DNA from: Tubiluchus corallicola
Lineage: Eukaryota; Animalia; Priapulida
Assembly: GCA_030141605.1 (NCBI GenBank)
Contig: JAQGDQ010000297.1
Span: 186,001 to 250,000, forward strand
Direction: 5' to 3'
Length of the DNA: 64,000 bases
The notes under the pieces: model-generated
What the model was told of the DNA's origin: nothing
Databases searched by the model: none
The model's input: the letters and a program-made list of their open reading frames with translations, nothing else
Translations under genes and position numbers: made by a program
Part shown: positions 28,096 to 40,815 of the stretch, one piece after another
How the letters are laid out: each line of letters starts with the position of its first letter
Position numbering within the stretch: position 1 is the first letter of the stretch

Positions 28096-31000
28096 TTAAA
28101 TTTGCATGTTGTTATTTATCCACTGGCAGTAATGGCTAACTCGAGCGAAGACACTTGGGTAGTTGCCGCAGTTAGATTCACCCCAGGATACTACACCTAT
28201 CAGCTTGCCGTCTGATAGTGACACCAGAGGTCCTCCTGAATCACCCTAAACAAATAAACAAACAAAAAAAGAAGACGGTTTAGAAATGCAACCGGATGAC
28301 AACGACAACAAATTGCCAGACGCAAGACAGAAAATCGGAAGCTCTTAACAAAAGCAGTTACCTTTTCCTTTTCAGCAATGCGCTGTTATTAAACAATTAA
28401 ATGTATTTATGACACCTTAGATTAATAATGATAACGTGCAAAACACTGGTAAGACAGTGATGCACACTGGAATGGCGATGCAGCGACGTTTTACCGAATA
28501 TTTCAAATTATCATCCATTTTTTGCAGCTACACTAGTCTTTCAAACGGGTAGGTATAATACTAAGTAGCATAACATTGTCTAGAAAGTCCTTTGGGATAT
28601 ACTTTATTCGCTTTAATTGCATTTAAGCTGCTATAAACTGAAATTCAGTCAAGTTTTATCTTTAAGCCTTGATAACACGAATAGCGAAGTTTATATAAAA
28701 TACGCATAATGATGGTAATAGAGAAGGTACTTTACACTGCAAGCAGAAACAATCGTTGAGGCGTCATGAGTGCATATCATTCCGTCAGTGATGTCGGTTC
28801 CCCAAACTGATGTACAAGCGCTGTTACTTATAACAGTGACTTCACCTACTTGCAAGTCAACTGAAAGGGAACCTAAACGAAAATAAATTAATTAACCATT
28901 AAATGAATTTGAACATGGCAAGAGCATTAGATGTTAGAGCATTAGAGCAAGAGCAAGTTCATTATACAAACGATTTGACAAAAATTCGTAGCAAGATAGA
29001 TGGGTTGATTACACCTTTATTGTAGTTAATGGCTTAAAATTGGAAAAACCCATGATAAGAAATTTAAAACCTCGTTAGGAAGTCAATGTTGAGTTAATGG
29101 CTTAAAATTGGAAAAACCCATGATAAGAAATTTAAAACCTCGTTAGGAAGTCAATGTTGACAAATTTGACTATTATTAAAGCTGAATACTTTTAAGGAAC
29201 ATTTTGTATTTGCCAGTTTTCATTCATGCATGAGCAGTTGAATTCCTAAGATGAAAACGTCATTTAATTGATCATTTATTGATTAAATTGGCATATCATT
29301 TGATGTGCTGTAATGTCTGTCGAGGAAAAAACACATAAATCAGATTGTTATAAAGTTCACCTGGCATTATCTTTAACAGAAATGTCAGAACCACTTGTTG
29401 CTTCAGTTTTTCATTAAACAACATGATGATTTTATTTTTAACGCAAAAAACAAAATCAGGCATATAAGACCTGACTAATTATATTGTCTCCATTGATGAT
29501 CAGTCTCTTTTTACACATATACCACTTGCTTCTACTCTGCTGTAAGCGAGGTCTTAAAGATGACTAGTGAAGAGTCTGTAAAATTTGATCTCGTGTCGTT
29601 CACTAAATCTTCTTTAAGAAAAGCCATTGAACTGTTATAACTGTTTTGACTGTAAAGGTCATCAATTGAGCTTATCAACAAGATTCCCACACCCTATCGC
29701 CTTTTTATCAAACGCACTTTTAATATTCTTCACTGAAAATTAATTTTATGTCTGAAATGACTAATTATGTTAGTAATTTTATTTATGATAAAAAGTTAGA
29801 GGTAAAAACGACGATGTATGAAATGTGGTCTAATCCTGGTCTAGTCTGTCATTATCTCATTTAGTCTAATGCAGTCTGGTCTAATCAGGTCTAAATTGGT
29901 CTAATTTGATCTGGTCTAGTCTGGCGTGGTCTGGGCTGATGTGGTCTAGTTTCGTCCGACCTTGCCTCATCTGGGGTCTGAGTTGGCCTGGTATGATCTG
30001 ATTTACTGTCCCTCTACTTGTCTGGTCTGGTTTGGGCCAGTGTGATCCGTTCTAATTTGGTCTAATAAAGTCTGGATTGATCTGGTACGATATGATCTAG
30101 TCCAGCCTGCTGTTTGTAAATGCTTTACATAACATTTCTGGGAGTATTAATCGACGAATTACCCAAGACTGCCATTTTGAACAAAATCTCAAAGAAGAAG
30201 CATCAGTGAAGATGAGAATTTGAGTATAAAGTCACCTTTTCTTAGCAAAGCAGATATTTCTAATACGAATGTTGAGCGATGAAAATCTTTTAGTGAGTTG
30301 TATTTTTACCTGAACTAGTTTGTCCCCATCCAGTAACATTAGCATTCTGGTTCACGTATGTACCAGAGCACGCCAGTTGAATGCTAGATTGACTGGTACC
30401 ACTCAAGTCTAAAGGATCAGTCAAGTGCAGAACAGCAACATCGTTGTTAGCAAATGATGGAATATCAAACTCGCTGTGCATTTTTATTTCTTTTACCTAA
30501 AAACGGTATTTATTTCTTATTTCTTTTTGCAAACCCACTATGAAATTGTTATACGTCGCAAATGCATAAGAATCAGCTATAAGTAGAACGACATTTATTA
30601 CAGCTTCAAATTTGATAATAAATAAAAATTTAAAGCCGGCCGGGCAATTTGCTACGAATGAACACAGAATTAAAAACATTTACACCCACTTAGTAACACT
30701 CCCTGCAAGGCATACACTTCTATACTTACTGCTGTTATCGTACCGCCCGTAGTAAACGTGCTGCTTCCTGTTCGTATTAAGAAATAATGTGGTAGGGTTT
30801 CCGCTCTATTAAAAAAATCTATTGTGAAAACATGTTCAAAAAGAAACAGGCTTCTTTCAAATAAACGTACAGATGTCTAAATAGGAAGCAAAGGTGCACT
30901 TTCATATCTATTTTGCAACGAAAACAGACCCTGTTCAGCCACCTGCCTAGCTTTGACTGTGACAAAAATCCATTAAAATGATTAAGAAGCTTTCATGTTG

Positions 31001-32570
31001 CAAAAATCGTAGCGGCGTAAATACGTAATTCAAGAAAAACTGTTACAAAAAGTTCCTAGTATGGCAGTGTGTTGTGATTTTCAGAGGGTCTTTAACAGTA
31101 CCAGTCTGGATGTTGTTTTAATGTACAAACAGCATAGTGCAAACGTTGCTTGTAAAACCTTACGCTTGTTCAAATCTTTTCTGAGTAGTAGAGAAGTAAT
31201 ATCAGAATGGATGACTGCACATCAGAAACACATCTCCGTAAAATTGGCCACAAGGATCAGTTCTTTCACCTCTGCTATTTATATTTTATGCTATAGAGAT
31301 GTTTCATGAAATCAGTGACGTTGGAGACAATGGCAGTTTTAAATATGGGGATGATAGTACGATTTTTGTATCTAGCCAAAGTAATACAGAAACAGTTAAT
31401 AAAGTCCAATGGTATTGTAACAGTCGTTATAGAATCTGTAATATAGCTGGTGCTGCAAATGGATATTAAAACTAAATTGTGCATCGGGTATTTCAGAAAT
31501 TATACCATTTTCTTTAAATACTGACTCCAAACGTACGGGTTGAAAGTAAAGAAATTAATTATGTACAGGAAAACAGAGTTATGTGAGTGACAATAGACAG
31601 AGAGCTAACATTTGATAAACGTACTAAAATGTAAGGAAAAGAGCATGGGACAGATGTATGCAAATTAAACGGAAAAGTTACTTATATAAAGGTTTTCTCT
31701 TTAGCTACTATTTTGTCCTTATTTAAGAGTATTGCTATGCCAATAGTCTTTATGGTGCTGGTGCCTGTATTATTGTATTATTGTATTTTTGATGATCTCC
31801 TTTACGACGTTATGAAAACTGGCACTGGCTTAGGTTTTAGACCCTCCCGTGATAAATTAGAACTGATTAAAACTCTCCTGCTGTTTGAAATCATTCGTTA
31901 AACTATTGGAGCAAAATTTGTATTAAAAACATTGGCAGCTCGAGATACTGATTTGGTAAAAAGAAACCCTGTTCAGGTGAATGGCAACACAAATAAACAT
32001 TTTCTAAAACATCATCTTGCAAGTACTACTGAATTTCTAAAAACTATAACTAAAAATTTCGACATGCGCAACTTTCAGCTCACCGAAATTCAAACACACA
32101 TGGTAATATATCCAAAGAAAGATATTTATAAATTTACCTTGCAAGCATGGGATAGGAGCTGTTATAACAGATATTCAAATGGAGAATGCACATTTTATCT
32201 AAATGTAATTGAACTACGTCAAAATTCGAAAAATTTCTGTTTAGCCTTTTAGCTGGACAAGTAATTTAAAAAAAAATTTGTCCTTGGATACGCAGATATT
32301 GATGTACAAATGTTATGATTGACAGACAAACTACTAACATTAGATGTAAATCAATTTACAGGCAAACGCAACATAGAAGTTTTAAAAGCATTTATAAATT
32401 TAGATAAAAATGAAGTTCCAACCAGTTTAATGCAAAAGCTCTATAAATTATTTAGAAAAAATGAAACCCAAATTTTTATACTGTGTGTAAGTAAATCCAA
32501 GTATTAACCACCAACTATTAGACGATAACCATCTAGATGCTCTTTAGCTACATGTAATAAAAAGTTTATT

Positions 32571-32617
<47 letters not shown>

Positions 32618-35600
32618 TTGTTGATTTATAAATTACGCTACATTATAAGTATTTAGTATGTGATCTAACTAAGTACTTTATCTAAATTTTTGTTACTTTT
32701 ATTTGTTAATAGGAAAAAAGTGTCTGTAAGTATAACCTACATGTAACCTTAAGTTTTTATGTAAAATAAACTGGCGATTAGACTGTACTAACCGTTAAGT
32801 GTCTTTGCCCTACAAATAGAGGGCAGCACCTGTACATATAGTCATATAATTTCTTTATGTGTGACAAAAAAACTTATAATAATAATTAATAATAATTCGT
32901 ATAATCATATTATTACTCACGTTATACACTATAAAAAACATACCCATCGACACAATGTGCTGCTGTTAGAATATTCTTGTTGTCAAGAATCGAGCCGCCA
33001 CATACAAAGTACCAACCTTCGTAAAGGGGAATCCACTGAATCAATGCTACCTGGAACAAGTTTGTACAATATTCAATGTTGGGACGATATGTAGACTTTT
33101 TGTCACTTTTGCTACAACTAGTTTCATATATTTATTATAGTCATCAGGTGGTTATTTGCATAAATAAGCTTTATTTGATTGTCAATAAACTTCCTGATGA
33201 TTATAGTAAATATATGAAACTAGTTGTGACAAAAGTGACAAAAAGTGGCAGTAAGAGAATCGTTTTTGTATATATATATATATATATTTGTAGAAAGTAA
33301 ATAAAACTGGAGTGGGGCACTCCCACTCAGTTATTTTATGTTTGTTGAAAAAACTTTACTGGATTTACCTTCCCATCTGATTTCCGCTTCAAAAATTTTC
33401 AGTAGAATACTAATTACGTGGATCTCATCACCTTTCTAGATTTTTTCTACAGATTTTATCGGTCTTTATTAGAAATGGTATTGAATTGACGCAATGAAGG
33501 GCAGATTTCGCATTTGCAAAAGTAAAATTCAGACGTTTGTTTTTCAATGCTGATATAGCTTGAACTTATCTTGGACACTGTTACAAAAAAGTGTCTAAAT
33601 GATCTGATTCTGATGCATAGGACACACGTACATATTGAATATCAATATTCAATATTCATATCCACACACACACACGCGCACACGCACACGCACACGCACA
33701 CACACACACACAGAGCCCACCCACGCACCCACGAGCCCACCATGTATGTATGTATGTATGTATGTATGTATGTATGTATGTATGTATGTATGTATGTATG
33801 TATGTATGTATGTATGTATGTATGTATGTATGTATGTATGTATGTATGTATGTATGTATGTATGTATGTATGTATGTATGTATGTATGTATGTATGCATG
33901 CATGTATGTATGTATGCATGCATGTATGCATGCATGTATGTATGTATGAATGAATGTATGTACGTGTGTATGTATGTAAAATTATGACTTACACTGTGGG
34001 AGGATTTTAAAGTTTTTTCAAACGACTGATTACAAACGCTATGTTTGTTGTCTTTCTTTTACCTTCTGTGGCCAAAACTGACTATAGATATACTTTCGAT
34101 ACAATGAAAAGCTAACTGAAATAAGAAAAAAATTAACAAGTATTTTTTTTTATTGCTGTCAATTGTAAATTACAGTCAGTGGCACTGGTGGACACTTTCG
34201 TTAAATTACGCTGCACCTGATGAGGATGCTCTTCAATTGTCGTTTGCTGACCGTCAATAATCTTTGTGTCATCTCTTTCCAGCGTAATACCTATAATAGT
34301 CGATAACATCGTATTATTGTAAAAATGTCTAGTGTGTTAAAATATCACATTTAAAGACTGTTACTGCTGCCTCTGCCTACGCTAATTACAGTTATGGTTA
34401 TTAAAGGAATACCGGACGATTGTGTAAGCATTAGTTCAGAATAAAGTTGCTCTAAAATATTGAAAAGTACAACTGCTTTTTTTAGTAAAAATACTTACCT
34501 CGGATACTCAAATTTTGTTAAAGTTTCAAAGCTACGCGCGGCTCGGTGAATCTACTAACTTTTGGCAATGGCAGTTTTTTGTCACATGCGCGTTTCGGAA
34601 AAATAGAAGGCGGTACCGTGATAACCATGATTATGAACTGCAGTGTTAGTTTCTGACGTCGTATGACGCAGAACCCATTTTCGTGACATCACGCGTTTAA
34701 GCAGTAATTTTGCGCAAACGTGTTTGACACGCAAGGGAAAGTGCCTGCCATTGCACAAACTGTGGTTAGTTTCTGACGTAAGCAATAACTGTGTTCGGTA
34801 GCCGTTAATTAACTGTCTAAGCTGATTATTCAAATATAAGTAACAATTGTTTACTTTTCTAGGCAAGAAAATGTATATTTTGGAGAGTAAATTAAATGAG
34901 GAGTCTAAACAATCATCCGATTTTCCTTTAAATTTTGGCTGAAACTGTTTTGGCTGTAACGGTTGAAACTGTTACTGTCTGTAAACTTGTAAATTAGTCC
35001 AGAATGCAATTATGTTAAGCATTGGTTTAGTCGCTCGTCGCACACACGCGTGCACGTACGTTTTGCATGCGCGTATTTGTAAAATGTACAAACATTTGTT
35101 AACAAGCTATGTCTCAGATGGTGCCCTTCCAAAGTAACGCGCGTATATTTACAAATATGCGCAAGCATAACGCACGTGCGTGCGTGTGCATGCAAACGAG
35201 TAACCCAGTGCTTCGCATTCCGAACTAATTTATAAGTTTATGGGAAGTGAAAGTGATAAAACAGTTATAGCCAACTTTCCTCGTTCTTGATTTCTTGGTT
35301 TCGCAAGTTTCCAGCAAGCTATTGCTTCAAAATTTTATTTAAATTATTCAACAATATTACGTCACCAATTTAATTTAAGTTATTCAACTGTTGTGACGTC
35401 ACAATAGTGCTCTATTGTGACGTCACAATAATAAAGCCATCCTATACCACATCACTCGCACCATGCCACGAAGCAACATCAACAACAGAAACATTTGCCA
35501 CAGTGTTTGAAACTGCGTGAAATGAAAAACACTAATGAAAACGCCCACTGATGATCAGCAATGCGCGAACATTCTACATAGTCCTCGCTTTCTGCTCCTA

Positions 35601-36015
35601 AAAGAACACATACGCGTTTGCTATCGCATGGAATCCACATTTGCGAAAATTTTGTATGCATTGTTTGAGGTAATGAGAAAATCGCAATGCTTGGTAGGAA
35701 TCACACAAACAACAGGAACAAAACAGCTAAATGAAAGGCTTTATAGAGTTATTCCCAAGCAAGTAACCCAAAGATGTAATTACGTAGCAACCAATAATAT
35801 TACTGAAATGCACTCCATCTCTGTATCGCAGCAAAACTAAAGTTAATGACAATTATGGACTTACCTGGTGGTACACGTGGCCATTTCGGCTTCCCTGGTA
35901 GAACGTCAATATCTTTTCTGAGGGGAAGTCGTGGCCAACGTGGTCTGGCTGGATGGAGACCATCGTCAGCAGCGGCTGCGAAAGCAAGAAGAGCAAGTAT
36001 TAAGAAAGCATGCAT
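28096..36015 (-). CDS. Secreted chymotrypsin-like S1A serine protease zymogen, 7 exons, 293 aa
   Basis: Exons: 35865-36015 (signal peptide + propeptide), 34217-34290 (DDTK|IIDG activation site), 32944-33050 (CGGS..LTAAHC), 30730-30805, 30310-30496 (NDVAVL..VTGWG), 28736-28872 (MIC..SACS), 28096-28245 (GDSGGP..VSWG..YPSVF). The catalytic triad is intact. S189/G216/S226 suggest chymotrypsin-like specificity. GT-AG phases are consistent; total 882 nt. Confidence 0.95.
29024..29159. repeat. Perfect 68-bp tandem duplication (intronic)
   Basis: AGTTAATGGCTTAAAATTGG...GGAAGTCAATGTTG occurs twice. Confidence 0.95.
29820..30110. repeat. Degenerate (GGTCT/AGTCT)n pentanucleotide tract
   Basis: 5-nt periodicity. 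Confidence 0.7.
31000..32562 (+). mobile_element. Decayed non-LTR retrotransposon (RT and C-terminal region), antisense within a serine protease intron
   Basis: CCDFQRVFN (DF.KAFD-like), [19 protein letters not shown] and [10 protein letters not shown]-like motifs; AATAAA at about 32556 followed by (TA)n. Confidence 0.75.
33095..33345. mobile_element. Penelope-like pLTR remnant: inverted pair of minimal hammerhead-like motifs
   Basis: About 54-bp inverted arms (33095-33148 / 33193-33246), each with CTGATGA-n-TATA-loop-TATA-T-GAAAC-TAGTT; followed by AATAAA and a GAGTGGG/CCCACTC hairpin. Confidence 0.55.
33662..33977. repeat. (CA/CACG)n + (TATG)n compound microsatellite
   Basis: Seen directly; source of the MYVC/HTYI ORFs. 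Confidence 0.97.
34405..34927. mobile_element. Kolobok-like non-autonomous DNA transposon
   Basis: TTAA TSD on both sides; imperfect ~20-bp TIR AGGAATACCGGACGATTGT / ACAATCATCCGATTTTCCT. Confidence 0.75.
35017..35213. mobile_element. Foldback MITE with long imperfect inverted arms
   Basis: AAGCATTGGTTTA..GCACGT..GCGCGTATTTGTAAA / TTTACAAATATGCGC..ACGTGC..TAACCCAGTGCTT. Confidence 0.65.
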
Positions 36016-36056
36016 GGCGGACTGAAATCCAGAACAAGCTTAAAACATTGGAGCAG

Positions 36057-36064
36057 TTTATATA
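36057..36064 (-). promoter_or_regulatory. Probable TATA box of the serine protease gene
   Basis: TATATAAA on the minus strand about 42 nt upstream of the ATG at 36015. Confidence 0.55.
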
Positions 36065-37970
36065 CTGGTTGGTTTAATTGATAAGCGTGAGAAACTCTGC
36101 ATACTGCACGGTACTGGTAAGATAAAGGCTTGTGAATTAAGCCATTCGAACCCCAAACATCCTGCTGAAAACATGCCCTTGGCACTTCTTAAAAAACACT
36201 TTCACGAGTTCTTTTAGTACATATTGACTTTTATACCGTTGTAAACAGTAAACAGCTGTGAGTGTAAAAAGCTGGAAAGCTGACTGCATGGTACTACCAA
36301 GAGAGCAGCATGGCTATAGACACCACACCCCAATGTTATAGAAACACTAGGGTCACTTCTCTGGTGTCATTACTTTGGCCAACAGATAGTTAACAAACTA
36401 GACTTGTTGTTAATTTTATTAAATGAGTCAGTAGTGTGATGTGATAGTGTGATGTGAGTAGTAGAGTAGGCTGTTAAAGCTCATCAGTTCTGCGTACCAA
36501 TACTTCCAGTTGTACATTTGTATAAGCCTTTTCATAGTTTCGTTGTGCGCACGCGCATTTGCTGTAGTTCAAAGGTTAAGTGTCTTAACTACAATCGTCA
36601 CGTGGCATTTCGGCAACGCAAATCGTTACTTCTGTACTTCAGGTGTTTTACGTGGACTTTACTTAACTATGCATTAGTCTGTATGTAGAAAGATTTACTA
36701 GCAAAATCTTGCTTGGAAACAAGAAAAAATGAAGTAGGTAAGGTACTGGTTGAGTGCTAAAACTGATACTATTGCAATAGCATGGGCTGCGAGGCGTTGT
36801 CAAGTGTACAGAAATGCGTTGTCTGGTACACATAACCTTTGACCTTTTAAAGGTCATCATCAATCGCTGGAACAGTGAAATGCTTATTACGCTGTTTTCT
36901 AACATCTGTCTCTTCTTCACCTGTCACTGTATCCAAATTGACCACATCTGGTATCCATTTCTTCACATTTTTCTGAGCCTAGTAACGGAAAGAGATTACC
37001 TAGTGACTGGGAAAGTGAAGTATTACCAGGAAATTAAACACCATCACCTAAACGCAGAGAGACAATAATTATGTACGTATTTATTTGCTTAACGTTGAGT
37101 ATTTATACCAATGCCATAATCAAAAGAACATGGTTTGAAGTCAGTAAGTATAATGTCTGTAAATTACTGTAATATACCTTAACAATTTATATAATTGTCA
37201 CGACGCATAGGCCGTGAGTTCAGTTCTAGTTTTTTAAATTATTTTTCCTTTTTTTATTTTGTTTAATATTGCAGTTTTTCTCATTCGAGATATCTCTTTT
37301 TTACTTGAAATACACTGTTGCCCATACATAATCTATGCACGTCGATCTGTAGATGGTTCCTTTACATAGTTTTACCTTGGCTTGATCACCTGATTTCGTA
37401 TGCATTGGCTGTTAACCGGCTTCTTCGTCAAGTTTATATAAGCTGTGCGGTTCTGTACGCACTCACTATTTGACACGTGTCAGACTTTGCTTATAATTTT
37501 TTTTGTTACTCTGAGAAAATGCAAATTTGTGAAAATGTAATGTTTTTCTGCGCAGTAATTTCCTAAAATCGTGTAGGCTTTGACTTAATGTGAAATGGAA
37601 TCATAAAAGTTAAAGTTACGTTGTTTTGAAAACAAAGGTTTTGTTAGCTCTCATTTATAATTTAATTAACTTCTGTTTTAATTTTGTTTTATTCATTATA
37701 GAGCTTAAATTTGCTGACACACTAAAATTATCAATTCTAAAAATTAAACACATACAGTGACAGTGATGTACTACATTCTGCCCTGCGTATATGTTATTTT
37801 GAAATATAAAGAGTTTAAGCTTTAAATGTTCTCTCTTTCTTTCTTTTTCTAGATTAATCTGAACGTTGACGTCATCATCCTGCTCTTCAGTCCCTCGTGT
37901 TAGCTCTTCCATATTTCTGCCTTCAAAATTACAAACGTCACAATTAATTAAATAGTAAATCTAGAATTAA

Positions 37971-38501
37971 AGGAAAGGCCAAGCCTTCTAGGAGATTAGG
38001 GTTATTTCAATGTTCACGAAACATGTTAGAAGGATTTAGTAATAAAACTGCAATAAGCGTCTCGTGTAACTAGTAAAATCACTTTGTAAAGTCGTGATCA
38101 CTTCATGCTTGGGCGCTCCTATTTTCAATGCCTTTTATTCTTCCAATGACGTCATTCGTGTTGAACAAAAGTAGTGCACTGTCAATCTTCATCAAAGTAT
38201 AATAGGTATCTACAAAAAAATCAGATAGCTAACTTTGTAATATTTTTGCGTGAACATTAGGTAAGCTGGAGAAGTTTGAATTAGTTTAAGCAGGGCTCGC
38301 TTTCGGAAAGCCACGACACGCTTACGAAAAGTCACGAAGTCTCCCCTCCCTGTTACGTCATGATTTTTAAGTGAATGGCGGCAACCACCACGCCTGAAAA
38401 TTTCTATTCAGAGGCAGTATATTTTAAATTTATGCTTTATCAGAGTTTTTTGCAAATTTCTTTGTTATATTTTTCTAGGTTTAAGTGACTTATTCTTTCC
38501 T
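37971..38501 (+). mobile_element. Kolobok-like non-autonomous element family B, copy 2
   Basis: TTAA|AGGAAAG ... CTTTCCT|TTAA, i.e. a TTAA TSD with RR..YY termini. Confidence 0.82.
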
Positions 38502-39869
38502 TTAACTCAGTATTCGCCACAGTAATATAATTGCGGGCTTCAAACCGTAAACAGATAAAATCAGTTTATATTATTGTCAATGCACCCGTTTATCAGCCTG
38601 CGTACGCTTTATTCTTTTTCTGCCGTTATTTCTTATTGATTTTTTTCCGCAGGCTACTCCGCACGCTGTTCCGCAACGGAAATCGCATCCGCACACTACG
38701 TAAACGCCACATTACTTTTATTATGACATTGTTACGTGTAAATAAAGATGTAAATCAGTCTCGCTACGTTCGAGTGCTGATGATATAAACTTTACTTTGC
38801 TTGGAAAAGAAACTTTAATAGCCAGAGAATTGTCCAAAAACATTAAATTACTTCACGGGTAAAAATATTGAATAGGTTTCGTAATATTTCAGTGGGAGAT
38901 TTTAATCACCTACTCACTCACACACCGTCGCAGTATCCATTACGTGACACGGTTTTTGTTCAAATTCAGATCTTAACTGCTTAGTTTCGATTAGCTTTTG
39001 GCAGAGCCTTCTTGAGATTCTGTTTTTTAGTTGTTTCCAAGTTGCTTAGTTCGCGTTTATATTCTATACCACAATTAAAAGTTATCTTATGAACTTTTAG
39101 ATATTGAAATTTAAATGTTTTTGGAATGGGCTATATTAATTATTATTCTTAATCCCACTGCCAGTTTCTCCAAAGATAACTAACTGTTGAGTAAACTTTG
39201 GCCATCATATTAATACATATACATCATACACACGCATAAAAATTTAACTTAAGAAGTATGTATGGTTTCAAATGTCTGGGAAAATAATAGGTAGAGTGAA
39301 AGGATGTAAGATGTGAACAAACAGGTGTGAATTACGACTTTTATTTCAGATAAGTTAGACTTGCCTTATGTTCAAAACCACCCGAGTAGTTCAAACAAAG
39401 TTATCTTTTCCATAATAAGAAAAGTCAGCAGAAACATGCGCGGTTATCACTGATAAGAATAGGATTCATTTTTGCCAGTTCTCCATTTACGTGGTAGGAT
39501 GTCAACAAAATCATTTTACAGTTTCAAAACTTCATTGCAAACACGCTATTGGTGTTTGCTAAACTGGTGTACATGGGTACAGCTGCTTCACCAGTGAAAA
39601 CCGACCAGAGAAAATCCGTAAAATTTTGCATATCGGCCAAATTCGACAAAAAATACTTAAAAAATAAAAGAGAAATGCGTACTCTGCGAGAAGAGAGAGA
39701 AGGATCGTTAGTATTTGTGCATGCGCCTATAATGACATATCTATAATGATGTATAAATGTTTAAGTAATGCTGCCTGAGTCAGAACTTTCAATTAACTAC
39801 AAGTGTTCATAATCGTGTTACAAGGTCACAGTTACTGTCATCTAATCAGCTATATGTAAATGTTGTTAA

Positions 39870-40285
39870 GCTTGAGTATGATAAGCGTACATTTTATTAC
39901 TCGGGGGCTATGCTTTGGAATACTCTTCCAAATTATATGAAAGGCGCACGATCTTTACATACTTTCAAAAGATTTGCTAAAACTTATTTTTCGTGTATTG
40001 AATAGTCTAATATCAGATATAACCTACAGTTATATATCTTGTTACTTTACTTATTTTGTAATTAACGTAATTTTATGTTTCTTTAGTGCAGTAATGACTA
40101 GAAAATCATTTTATTCTGTTAGAGAATCATAAACGCAGCTGTTGTAATGAAATTGTATGAATGAAATGTATATATATATATATCTGTATGTATGTATAAT
40201 GTTAAAAACTGAGGGCTGTTTGGAAAGCAGTGTTAAGCACAAAATATTAATATAAATAAAATATATAAATAAAAATAAATAAACT
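39870..40285 (+). mobile_element. 3' end of an L2/Crack-like LINE
   Basis: RTFYYSGAMLWNTLPNYMKGARSLHTFKRFAKTYF C-terminus, then a 3' UTR ending in (TAAA)n. Confidence 0.7.
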
Positions 40286-40682
40286 ATCAACGACAAGTGG
40301 TAGTTTATTTATTTTTGTTTATACAATTACATTATATTTTATATGTCACATAATATGTTATATTTTATATATTATATAATATATCAGTGATTTGTCGTTA
40401 TTATTTGTTTAGTTAATGTAATAGTCGTAAACCTAGTAACTGCTTTGTGAAACCAGAACCAGGCGAAGAAAAGGCAATTATGAAATATGTCCCCATAAAC
40501 TTTCCACGCAAAATTATATTACGCATCATCACGCTTACTTGCTTGGAAAACTTATGTAACCAGAAAAAGAAAGTTTTAGAATTTGAAATATTCGCGTCAC
40601 TTAGTAAAATGCAACTGAAACTCACTTTCCCAGGGTGCACCAGTAACTCACCACAAAAGTATTTTTAATCTTATTGACAAGC

Positions 40683-40815
40683 TACAGCTCACGTGGGAAG
40701 GGAGGTCATGGAAATGGAAGTGCTAAGAAACAGAAGAAGAGGACGACCCAAGCGGAGATGATTTGAATGTGTTAACGGAGACCTTAGAGAGAAAAACCTG
40801 AGAAGAAGAAGACAA
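40683..40815 (+). mobile_element. 3' end of an RTE-clade LINE
   Basis: HVGREVMEMEV..RRRGRPKRR*FECV..DLRE followed by a (GAA)n tail. Confidence 0.7.

Noticed and set aside
33571-33987. MYVC/HTYI repeat ORFs
   Set aside because: (TATG)n/(CA)n microsatellite.
36663-37068. Coding-like acidic segment (EEWIPDVVNLDTVTGEEETD) upstream of the protease
   Set aside because: In-frame stops and no recognisable domain or splice partners.
37380-37435. Minus-strand CTTGACGAAG..CGAAATC..ATCAAG hammerhead-like string
   Set aside because: The core and stem II are too degenerate to support.
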